In this document: positions 10,845-20,291 of the stretch, piece after piece
How positions within the stretch are numbered: position 1 is the stretch's first letter
Layout: each line of letters starts with the position of its first letter
Assembly (NCBI GenBank): GCA_900128395.1
Contig: LT649272.1
Location: 1 to 49,631, forward strand
Direction of reading: 5' to 3'
Origin: Stramenopiles sp. TOSAG23-2
Taxonomy: Eukaryota
DNA: 49,631 nucleotides
Notes under the pieces: generated by a model
The model's input: only the letters and a program-made list of their open reading frames with translations
Told to the model about the DNA's origin: nothing
The model's database searches: none
Made by a program: the position numbers and the translations under genes

Positions 10845-12431
10845 TTACTCCTTCGTACCACTACATAATGAAACTACTTCTTCATCGTCTTTTGTTAAAT
10901 CTACTAAAATTAAAATAAATCCAATAACTGCTAATGGAATAGAACAATAATAAATAATTTTTGCACGTAAACGCCATTGAGCTATATTTACACCATTATT
11001 GTTATTTCTACTATTGGAACCAATTCCATCTTCCGTATCTATTGCTTCCATATAATTACCACCACTAACATTATTATTATATACATTCGTAGCTTTTAAA
11101 TACATAAATGAAGGGATAATAAAACAAAGCGTCGTGCCAGCTAATGCACCAGTAATACCAAATATAACTTCTATTGATGGAAGGACAATTGCAACACAAA
11201 AACCACTGAGACATACAATTACTGTTTCAGCATACCAACGTTGACTTAAACATTTTGTTTGTGGGTCAGTATTAAATACAAAATTTTCAAACCAATCAAT
11301 TTTCATTAACATTTTGTCAAGACTATCACGTAATGGAAATACTACTAATGGATATGTGAAACATAATGATACGGCAAATACGGCTTGTAAAAAATTTGGA
11401 AAGAAACCATTATGTTTACTATAATTTAATAAGATATCACCTGCTGTGTAACTTTGAAATGTCATTGCACCAAAAATGCCAATAGATAAATACAAAGTAC
11501 AACAAAGCACAATTGCAATTGTCACCGCATTATTAAATGATTTTGTCGTAGCATTTTTTAAACTCATATATTCACTGTAAACAGGAAATAAAATGGTATG
11601 ACATGCAAATGCTAATGTTTGGATTGGTATGATACGTGCAAAATCAATTGTAAATCCAATTTCTTGTTTTTCATTTGCATTTCCACTATCAATTGCAGCT
11701 TGTACTGTATCTTCATATGAATGGCTAAAATAAATCATCACTACTGCAATACCAAATGTTGTATAAATCGCGCTGCCTAAATAGGAAGTAAAACGCAATT
11801 GATCAAATGTACGTATGCAACAAAGTGGAAATAATATAAAAATTAATACAGATAATAATGCACCAAATTTAGCATTTCCACCCAACCATCCACATATTAT
11901 ATCACCTATTACATCAATATATGCAATACTTGTCCCGAAATTAAGAAAAGCAATGAAAAAATCTGTCGCCATTGCACCTTTTGCGCCAAAATAAAATTCG
12001 ACTGCTTCGCTATATCCTTTTTTATTACTAATTTCACCAACATATGCCATCATAAATAAACTCCATTGCGTAAATAACGCCGTTGTACATAAAAACATGC
12101 CAGCAGCAACCATTCCGGCTTCTTTAAAACAATATGGTTGTGCAAGTACACCAGCACCAACCACTGCATTTACTAAATTAAAAATAACCGGCCTAGTTGA
12201 TGGCCTATCACCAACAATTGCACCACCGCTGGATGAGGAGTTTGGACCATCAGGCAATAAATTATTACTATTACTATTATTGTCAGATAATATATTATCC
12301 GTAGCTGCTAATAAACTGTCAGCTTTGGAAATCATAGCATCAAATGAATTATTTCTATCTTTGCCATTATTTCCATTGTTGATATTACCATTGTTTGTAG
12401 TATTAGTATTAGTAGTAGTAGGTTGTTGCAT
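10845..12431 (-). CDS. Amino-acid transporter, Aa_trans / SLC38 (SNAT)-like
   Basis: IFNLVNAVVGAGVLAQPYCFKEAG, AFACH and YPLVVFPLR motifs; about 11 hydrophobic segments; single exon of 528 aa. Confidence 0.92.
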   Translation of the reverse strand: MQQPTTTNTNTTNNGNINNGNNGKDRNNSFDAMISKADSLLAATDNILSDNNSNSNNLLPDGPNSSSSGGAIVGDRPSTRPVIFNLVNAVVGAGVLAQPYCFKEAGMVAAGMFLCTTALFTQWSLFMMAYVGEISNKKGYSEAVEFYFGAKGAMATDFFIAFLNFGTSIAYIDVIGDIICGWLGGNAKFGALLSVLIFILFPLCCIRTFDQLRFTSYLGSAIYTTFGIAVVMIYFSHSYEDTVQAAIDSGNANEKQEIGFTIDFARIIPIQTLAFACHTILFPVYSEYMSLKNATTKSFNNAVTIAIVLCCTLYLSIGIFGAMTFQSYTAGDILLNYSKHNGFFPNFLQAVFAVSLCFTYPLVVFPLRDSLDKMLMKIDWFENFVFNTDPQTKCLSQRWYAETVIVCLSGFCVAIVLPSIEVIFGITGALAGTTLCFIIPSFMYLKATNVYNNNVSGGNYMEAIDTEDGIGSNSRNNNNGVNIAQWRLRAKIIYYCSIPLAVIGFILILVDLTKDDEEVVSLCSGTKE

Positions 12432-12715
12432 CTTTTTTGTATGTATATATATATATATATGTGCGTGTGTATATATTATGATTAAAAAGAAAAGGAAAAA
12501 AATATGAAAACAAGGTTATACTTTCTCTCTCTATATATATATATATGTGACATACCAGGTATCGATATATATTTATATTAAATTTATATTATTAGTTGTT
12601 TATACTTTATATAGTAGTTTATTATTATTTTTTAGCTCAAATTTTTTACCTAATAAACCTTAAAATTATAAGGGATATCCGGGATATCACTCTTTCTTAT
12701 TTTACGATTGTATTT

Positions 12716-15700
12716 CTATTCCTTTAAATTGAATTTTTCATACAAGGAAGTAAACAACCCATCTTTATCCTTTAATAATTCTTGTGGACTTCCAAATTCA
12801 ACGCAACTTCCTTTATCCATGACCAATATGTAATCTGAATCAATCACCGTATCCAAACGATGCGCAATAGTCAATACAGTGCAATTAGTAAATGCAATAC
12901 GTATCATTTTCTGCAAAATTGCATCTGTTTCTGGATCAATTGATGCAGAACATTCATCTAATAATAATACTTTTGAGTCTAACAATATAGCACGTGCTAA
13001 ACATATAAGTTGCCTTTCCCCAACACTCCAATTCGTCCCACCCAGGTCAACTGGAGAATCTAATCCATGTTTTGCTAAATCAACTTTGCCTAATACATCT
13101 AAAAGTTTATCATCTGAATATTTTGAATCACAATCAATATTTGAACGTAATGTCCCAGAAAACAATGTTGGAACTTGTGGAACAATACTCAAGCTTCTGC
13201 GTAAGGTAAATAATGACATTTTTTGTATATTTAAATCATCAATTATTATATTACCTAAATGTATTTCAACCATTCTAAAAAGCGCTAAAGCAATTGTTGA
13301 TTTACCAGCACCTGTTCTACCAACAATACCAACTCTACTACCAGCTGGTATATTAAAAGATAGATTTTCCAATGAATTATCTAGTCCTTCGCGATAACGT
13401 AAGGATACTTTGTCAAATATTATATTTCCTTCATATGGCCATTTCTTTGGAATTGTTACATCTGGGAAATCTTGATTTTGTTTTTGACTTTCTTCTGGTA
13501 AATAGGATGTATAATAATCAACACGCTCAACACTATTCATAGCAAGTTCTAAATCTACGGTTGTCCGTACAAATGTCGTGAGGGTCCTTGTAATTAACAT
13601 AATATTCATCAAAGAAGCACCTGCAATACCAGCACTAACATTCGCAACAATAACATAAATACCAACAAATAAAATACAAATGATTGTCATGATTTCGAAG
13701 CGAACATTTGCCCAACGCGAACAGGATAGATTCAAATAATAAAAACGATTATGATCATTAATTGCATCATCGTGGCGTTTAATCCATCTATCCATATCTC
13801 CAATTGCACTTATAACAGGCAAACCAGTCAATGCAGTTTTAAAATTTGTCATGATTGGAGATCTTCGTGTAGATGCATATCGTTTTAATTCTCGTGTAGT
13901 TCGTCTATACATCAATTGAACACGGTAATACAAACCTCCGACAAATGGTACCAGTATTAAAAATGTTGGTGTTAAAATAGAAACCAATACAATGACGCCA
14001 ATCAGTTTAAAGGTATCATCTATTGCATCTCTTAAAAGTTGAGGAACTTTATCATCTACTTTCTCAACATCTGAACTTAATCGTGATAAAATTCTGCCTG
14101 TAGGTGTAGTGTCAAACCAAGACATTGGTGCTCTCATGATGGAATGAAACATGTTAGCAAATAATTTCTTTGCTGCACGTATAGATGCAAAGACTAATAA
14201 TATAGAACGAATCACTGATACAAACAAGGCAATGAAAGCAAATAATATATAAATTTGCAAATAATATGCATTTATATCTGCTGTTTTATCACCATTTGTA
14301 TTTGCATCGCTGGTATCAGCCCATTCAGACATCCAAATATCCATTGCAAGCTTACTTCCTTCACGTATCACGAAAGTAATTAATATAGAAAATGCCAGGG
14401 CCTTTCCAAGCCCTAAATAATAAGCTAACCAAGTTCCTTTGCTTACAGCACCTTCAGCCTGATCCTCTTTGGTAATTAATTTACCTTTCTCAATGGTCTT
14501 TTTAACATATTTTAATTGTTCTTTTATAACTATATCTGTTACTTTTGTTTCCTCTGTTATCTTATTGCTATTTTTGCTCTTTCCCTCGTCTTTTTTTTCA
14601 GTACTGAGTAATGATGATGATACTGTTGGTGTTGTTGGTGATTGTTGTTGTTGTTGTTGTTGTTTTTCATCTTCTTCTTCAGCAGTAGTAGCATACGTTT
14701 CTTCCCATGTATACATTAAATTTCCTAATTTACTATTTGTTTTACCTTCTTGCATGGCCTCAGCAGGTGTTTTATTTTCAATTATTTCACATGCAGAGAC
14801 TTGTTCCGAAGACGATTCTAGTAAAATCAATCGATCTGCCGCTTTCATATATGCTTGCTGATGACAGGTTAATAATCTCAATTTATTGCCTAACAAGCCA
14901 TTATTTGAAATGACATTATCAAATATATGTTTTGCAACATGTGCATCGACTGCAGCTAATGGATCGTCTAACAAATAGATTTGGCTATTTGCATACACAG
15001 CACGTGCAAGACTCACTCGCATTTTTTGCCCACCTGATAAATTAATACCACTTTCACCAATTTCTGTTGAATCTCCTTCAGACAATTGTTCCAAATCTGG
15101 CTCCAATGCACATGCTTTGATAACTTTTCTATACCATGCCATATCAAATGCATTGCCAAATATAATATTTTCTCTTAACGTATCATTTAAAACAAAAGGA
15201 ACTTGTGGTACGTAGCTAACAGAACCTTTCACATCAATATTTGAACCATCTATATTCATACGTGGACATTCACCTAATATCGAATTAAACAAGGTACTCT
15301 TTCCACTTCCAACACTTCCATATATTAATATTAATTGTTTTGCATTTACATTTAAATTGATATTTTTTAATGTCGGTTGTATTAGTACATCTTCGTTATT
15401 TTTATTACTTTTTGTATCGATTACTATATTACCTTTCATCTTTTCATTACTTTTTTCTTTCTTCTTCTTCTTATTGTTATTACTACCTGCACTTAAGTCA
15501 ATTTCATTTACTAATGACCATGAAAAAGAACAATTCTTAAGTGATATACAAACATCATTTTCATTTTCTGCTTTGGAAAATTTTATTCGATCCAATTCCA
15601 ACGAATGTAAAAACTTTTGGGCACGCTCCACACCAATTAAACCATCTAAAACACGGTTCAATACGCGAGGAAACATGTACAATGGCTTACGTAACATATT

Positions 15701-16873
15701 TAACAACGTTAATGTAGTAAATGCCGTTGAAGCTTTAATTTCATTTCCAAGCAAGGAATATGTAGCAAATGTCCCAGCAGCAATAAGTAATGGCGTTATC
15801 GTTAAAAATAAATAGTTTAACATTGATAAAATCATATATGATTTTAATTCCTTTAGTTCTTTTTTGCGTACTTTATTGACTTGTCCCATAACAATTCCTT
15901 CCCATGCAAGCAATTTAATAGCTCTAATGCCTTCAATTATTGAATTTAATAATGAAACACGCTTATCAGATTCCACAAGTAATTTTCTTCGTAATTTAGT
16001 AACTGCTTCTGCTAATTTGATTTGTACTGGGAACAAAATTAAAATAAATGCTAATGCAACCAATGCACTAATAATGCCTATGTAGGCAGATAAAAAAAAC
16101 AAGGAAATTATCATAGCAGTTGGTTGCCACCAGAAATTTTGAAATAATCGTGAACCAAATGACATTTTCTCTGCATCGTTTCCAATTAAATTAATAGCTT
16201 GACCAACTGCACCACCTTTAATGTAGCTAAGTTCCAATGATTTACGAAAGATTAAACCACTCATAGCATTTTTACGTGATATACCAATTGCACATGTTAA
16301 ATTTACATAATACTGCATTTCAACTATACGAACAAGTAATAGACCAACCATTAAAAAAACAAGAAATAATGCATATGAAATACCATATCGTTGTGCAACG
16401 CCGTCAGTACTCCCATCGTATTTACTTTCAATATAATCTAAAATTAATGACAATAAAATTGGTTGTGTAAATGCTAAACATTCTCCAAAAAATTTCAAAA
16501 AAGAACATAATATCCATCCACTCAATCTAAAACGTATCAAAGCGCGCAAAAATGGATGTCTTTTCATGCAACAAAAATGCTTTGTTCTTTTTAATTCTTG
16601 GTCATAATATTCTTCCAGTTGTATGACTCTAATTTTTGACTCTTCATGTTTTGGAGTATACCATACATATTTATCTGTTAATAAATTATCGTACCCAGCA
16701 TGAAATAATGGATCCATCCATGTAAAAAATAATCTAGAGCAAAGGGATGACGTAAATTCTGGTATTGGACGATCGAATTGATTTTTTCCATATTTTTCAT
16801 TAGTTTGTTTTGGTTTTATATTGGCCTTATCTTCCTGTTTCTTTTTATTCATATCCACATTATTATGTTTCAT
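12716..16873 (-). CDS. ABC transporter C family (MRP-like, no TMD0)
   Basis: TMD-NBD-TMD-NBD layout. Walker A GSVGSGKS and GRTGAGKS; signatures LSGGQK and degenerate WSVGERQ; Walker B LLDD and LLDE; N-terminal SRLFFTWM lasso motif; FDTTPTGRI. Confidence 0.97.
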   Translation of the reverse strand: MKHNNVDMNKKKQEDKANIKPKQTNEKYGKNQFDRPIPEFTSSLCSRLFFTWMDPLFHAGYDNLLTDKYVWYTPKHEESKIRVIQLEEYYDQELKRTKHFCCMKRHPFLRALIRFRLSGWILCSFLKFFGECLAFTQPILLSLILDYIESKYDGSTDGVAQRYGISYALFLVFLMVGLLLVRIVEMQYYVNLTCAIGISRKNAMSGLIFRKSLELSYIKGGAVGQAINLIGNDAEKMSFGSRLFQNFWWQPTAMIISLFFLSAYIGIISALVALAFILILFPVQIKLAEAVTKLRRKLLVESDKRVSLLNSIIEGIRAIKLLAWEGIVMGQVNKVRKKELKELKSYMILSMLNYLFLTITPLLIAAGTFATYSLLGNEIKASTAFTTLTLLNMLRKPLYMFPRVLNRVLDGLIGVERAQKFLHSLELDRIKFSKAENENDVCISLKNCSFSWSLVNEIDLSAGSNNNKKKKKEKSNEKMKGNIVIDTKSNKNNEDVLIQPTLKNINLNVNAKQLILIYGSVGSGKSTLFNSILGECPRMNIDGSNIDVKGSVSYVPQVPFVLNDTLRENIIFGNAFDMAWYRKVIKACALEPDLEQLSEGDSTEIGESGINLSGGQKMRVSLARAVYANSQIYLLDDPLAAVDAHVAKHIFDNVISNNGLLGNKLRLLTCHQQAYMKAADRLILLESSSEQVSACEIIENKTPAEAMQEGKTNSKLGNLMYTWEETYATTAEEEDEKQQQQQQQSPTTPTVSSSLLSTEKKDEGKSKNSNKITEETKVTDIVIKEQLKYVKKTIEKGKLITKEDQAEGAVSKGTWLAYYLGLGKALAFSILITFVIREGSKLAMDIWMSEWADTSDANTNGDKTADINAYYLQIYILFAFIALFVSVIRSILLVFASIRAAKKLFANMFHSIMRAPMSWFDTTPTGRILSRLSSDVEKVDDKVPQLLRDAIDDTFKLIGVIVLVSILTPTFLILVPFVGGLYYRVQLMYRRTTRELKRYASTRRSPIMTNFKTALTGLPVISAIGDMDRWIKRHDDAINDHNRFYYLNLSCSRWANVRFEIMTIICILFVGIYVIVANVSAGIAGASLMNIMLITRTLTTFVRTTVDLELAMNSVERVDYYTSYLPEESQKQNQDFPDVTIPKKWPYEGNIIFDKVSLRYREGLDNSLENLSFNIPAGSRVGIVGRTGAGKSTIALALFRMVEIHLGNIIIDDLNIQKMSLFTLRRSLSIVPQVPTLFSGTLRSNIDCDSKYSDDKLLDVLGKVDLAKHGLDSPVDLGGTNWSVGERQLICLARAILLDSKVLLLDECSASIDPETDAILQKMIRIAFTNCTVLTIAHRLDTVIDSDYILVMDKGSCVEFGSPQELLKDKDGLFTSLYEKFNLKE

Positions 16874-17112
16874 TATATATTATATATATATTTAATTATA
16901 TGCAGCTATATAATGTGCAATTTATTAGGATGTGATGATATATTTTTATACAATCGTAAATCGCTAAATAATAATGATTGAATAAATGTTTATCATCACT
17001 GATGGTATTGGGAGATGATAGAGATGGAAGTTGAACGGATGAGAGCCAATTGAAGGTATAACATAGGAGAGTAAGAGGATACTTCATTCTATTTTCAAAA
17101 TGTTTTCCAACT
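16703..17112. repeat. Copy 1 of a ~410-bp direct repeat (first 57 codons of ABCC plus ~240 bp upstream)
   Basis: Matches 19372-19818 apart from a few substitutions and indels. Confidence 0.95.
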
Positions 17113-17191
17113 TTTTTTAATAATAATATAAATATTTTTCATTCTTCATTCTTATCTTACTATCTTTTTGTTTCAGATGATGGGGGGGTGC

Positions 17192-17260
17192 CACAAAATC
17201 GATTTATTATTTCCTATCCAAACACTACGAGTAAGTATAATAAAATAAATCGATTTGGTG
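17192..17260. repeat. 17-bp inverted repeat with 35-bp spacer
   Basis: CACAAAATCGATTTATT (17192) and AATAAATCGATTTGGTG (17244), 1 mismatch. Confidence 0.7.
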
Positions 17261-17847
17261 ATGATCGAAAAAAAAACATACCAAACATGCATCGAAGTAT
17301 GGAAATTGAAGCAGGTGTTGTTCTAAGATATCTAAAGTAATCATATTGGTGATTATTTTTATTTAAATTTGAATTTGGCGTTTTTTAGAGGATGATGTGT
17401 GTGACATGTGTGTATTTTTTATACTTAAATTACCGACACTACAAAACCTAATCCTATCAAATACGTAATAGATTTCTACCTTTTTTTGATCAAAATCAAT
17501 AGTGAGTAGTTATAAAAATTAACATGGACACAGCATATGTACAGTACTAGGGGGAATAATGGCACGAACCGTACTTGACTATACCAATTAATTTTATTAG
17601 CATAGGGATAGCAGGTGTGTCATCAAGGATTTTCCCAGAAGGCTACTTTTGAGGGGATAAAGATAAGAACCGACGACCTTAACCTGATTACGTATAATAA
17701 TAAAAAATAATAATAATAATATTTTGCTTAATGGGTGTTAATGAAACGATTAATACTTTATTCTATCACGCTTGTTCAACGGGAAACAAGTAAGAATCAG
17801 CAAAGTAACAAGATCAAGAATCTTCTCGCAACAACAAAACAAAAAAT

Positions 17848-19356
17848 ATGAATACTGATTCTAAGTCGAAAACACAGGAACTTGTTGGGGTTTCGCCTGG
17901 GACTCGGGTGTTAACTAATGCAAATAACCGTAGGGGCAGAGTGCCTAAACGTCGAAGTGTTCGATTAATGGGGAATATAGTTGAACTGGACGAGTGGTTG
18001 GATTGGAGAGTGAAGTGGGGACAGCGTGGTGCGGCGACGAGTAGTGGACTTGCTGTTTTGTCTTTTGTGCTTAATAGTATACTGTTCGATTTTTCAAACA
18101 CCCCTCTAAATATTATGATGCTTACGAATTTCGTTGGACTTATTGTAGGTTTTGGAATGATCTATTATAAGAACATTTCCTTCGTGATCGTCCGAAGACT
18201 CTTAAAAGAAGTGAATGTGGTTCTAATATTAATGATAGGAATAATTCTGTTTATAATAGAGTGTGTTAGACCAGATGATGTAGTAATGTCTCCAATTAAT
18301 GGTTTTGTCTATCTTTTTGGAACAAGTGTTTTTGTCTTTCTAGATGCTGTAAAAGTGAAAAGTAGAGTTTTGGTGTTGATTATTGGGATTATTGTTGCCC
18401 TAATCAACTTGTTCAATGTATACAGTAGAATTTTTGGTGGAGCTGATGTTGGTGTCATTCTCTTCCAATACGGCGATGATTACGTCTTTCGTAAACGTTC
18501 GATTAAATGCTTGTGTTTTGTTCAAATATTTTTGTTTAGTTTAAATGGAATGTGGACGGTTTTCAAAGATAAAAAGATGGAAATGATGATATTTGCTACA
18601 GGCAATATTTACCGTAATTCTATGATACAAGCTAATGTAGATAGGGACAACAATGGGATTAATAAATGCACAACGAGATGGGGGGAAATTGGAATAGGCT
18701 CATTTGGATACCTATCGTTGATGGGGTATATTTTTACTGAGAACAACGAAATATTAAGGATTGTAACTATTTTTGTTGGTTTAATTACTTTTCTCTTTAT
18801 GGTGTTATTTTACTACAAAAATATTTCATACAGTATTTTGAAAAGATTATTACAAGAAGCAAACATTATAATGATTTTGCTGCTTGCACTATATAATTTT
18901 GCTATAGAAGTTGGTCTACCATCAGATTCATTAGCATACTTGTATGGTCTTCTCTATTTATTTCTTGTGATGTTTTTCATATTTTTGGATGCTACCAAAT
19001 TAAAAAGTAGACAATTTTTATTGATTATTGTTTTTAATTTTGTGGTGTTGAACTTGTTTAATATTTATGGAAATACATTTCGTGGATGGAATCAGAATAT
19101 TCAACTTTTACAATACAAAATCGAGGAAGAAGAATATACAATTATGAAACGATCTACAAAACGATCAATTTACATACAAATTTTCTTGTTTAGTTTAAAT
19201 GGGTTATGGACAATGTTCAAAGATAAAAAGATGGAAATGATGATGTTTGCTACAGGCAATATTTACCGTGAAACTGGCACCGCTTCAAAGTATGTCGAAG
19301 ATAGAGAACATATTATGCGAATGCGAAGTGAAACATCAGCAGCATCGATGGTTTAA
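17848..19356 (+). CDS. Uncharacterised polytopic membrane protein made of two ~218-aa repeats
   Basis: 502-aa ORF. Each half has YYKNIS...RLL.E.N, FLDA.K.KSR, NLFN.Y, KRS.K and QIFLFSLNG.WT.FKDKKMEMM.FATGNIYR, with roughly 6 hydrophobic segments per half. Confidence 0.85.
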   Translation: MNTDSKSKTQELVGVSPGTRVLTNANNRRGRVPKRRSVRLMGNIVELDEWLDWRVKWGQRGAATSSGLAVLSFVLNSILFDFSNTPLNIMMLTNFVGLIVGFGMIYYKNISFVIVRRLLKEVNVVLILMIGIILFIIECVRPDDVVMSPINGFVYLFGTSVFVFLDAVKVKSRVLVLIIGIIVALINLFNVYSRIFGGADVGVILFQYGDDYVFRKRSIKCLCFVQIFLFSLNGMWTVFKDKKMEMMIFATGNIYRNSMIQANVDRDNNGINKCTTRWGEIGIGSFGYLSLMGYIFTENNEILRIVTIFVGLITFLFMVLFYYKNISYSILKRLLQEANIIMILLLALYNFAIEVGLPSDSLAYLYGLLYLFLVMFFIFLDATKLKSRQFLLIIVFNFVVLNLFNIYGNTFRGWNQNIQLLQYKIEEEEYTIMKRSTKRSIYIQIFLFSLNGLWTMFKDKKMEMMMFATGNIYRETGTASKYVEDREHIMRMRSETSAASMV

Positions 19357-19371
19357 ATAAATGAATAAAAA

Positions 19372-19542
19372 AAATAATGGATCCATCCATGTAAAAAATA
19401 ATCTAGAGCAAAGGGATGACGTAAATTCTGGTATTGGACGATAGAATTGATTTTTTCCATATTTTTCATTAGTTTGTTTTGGTTTTATATTGGCCTTATC
19501 TTCCTGTTTCTTTTTATTCATATCCACATTATTATGTTTCAT

Positions 19543-19573
<31 letters not shown>

Positions 19574-19818
19574 ACATATGAGTAAGAGAAAAACACATAT
19601 ATATTTAATTATATGCAGCTATATAGTGTGCAATTATTAGGATGTGATGATATATTTTTACACAATTGTAAATCGCTAAATAATAATGATTGAATAAATG
19701 TTTATCATCACTGATGATATTGGGAGATGATAGAGATGGAAGTTGAACGGATGAGAGCCAATTGAAGGTATGACATAGGAGAGGATACTTCATTCTATTT
19801 TCAAAATGTTTTCCAACT
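19372..19818 (-). pseudogene. Truncated duplicate of the ABCC 5' end (copy 2 of the direct repeat)
   Basis: ATG at 19542, 57 codons MKHNNVDMNKKK...FTWMDPLF with one change (D>Y), then unrelated sequence and a stop at 19336. The upstream part has about 5 substitutions, 1- and 6-bp deletions and a ~40-bp (TA)n-containing insertion relative to copy 1. Confidence 0.9.
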
Positions 19819-20291
19819 ACTTTTAATCTTTTAATTCATTTAATAAGTTCAATAAGGCACTAAGGGTTAAGGGTTGGTTTGGATGAATTTTTTTTTAGTT
19901 ATATATGTTAGTATATAGGTATTATTTATACTTAGTTTAATCAACACTACCACAAATCTCGCTAACACTAATTTTAAGAGGATGAGGCTCTAAACCCTTG
20001 GTACGGCTGATTATATATATTTCAGACTATGGAAAAGTCGAAAAGTCTATATGGACCTATCGATTAATTTCAGACACCATAAAATGTTTTTGACGAACTA
20101 CGAACAATGCAAAATTATGCTTTTTAATATATATAATATAAAAATGTTTTTTCTTTTAATTTATAATATATATATATTGTAAATTTACGCGTTTTAATTT
20201 ACGGGTTCATATTAAGTACGCTTCGTACAGCAGTGACTGTCGCCTCCACTTTGGCAACCCCCTGTTCTCATTTCTTTGTACACTACATTTT

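Noticed and set aside
13003-13032. Degenerate NBD2 signature (WSVGERQ) as a sign of inactivation
   Set aside because: Asymmetric nucleotide-binding sites are normal for ABCC transporters.
16896-17087. 63-aa ORF upstream of ABCC, also present in repeat copy 2
   Set aside because: Its presence in both copies follows from the recent duplication; copy 2 has a 1-bp frameshift and no family is recognisable.
17192-17260. Inverted repeat as the terminal hairpin of a Helitron carrying the 502-aa gene
   Set aside because: No matching TC/CTRR termini at the junctions, and Helitrons do not create long target duplications.
17582-17652. Faint resemblance of GIAGVSSRIFPEGY to the cox1 motif GLAGMPRRIPDY (possible NUMT)
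   Set aside because: Too short and too divergent to support.
19859-19882. Telomere-like TAAGGGTTAAGGGTT
   Set aside because: Only about two imperfect units; could arise by chance.
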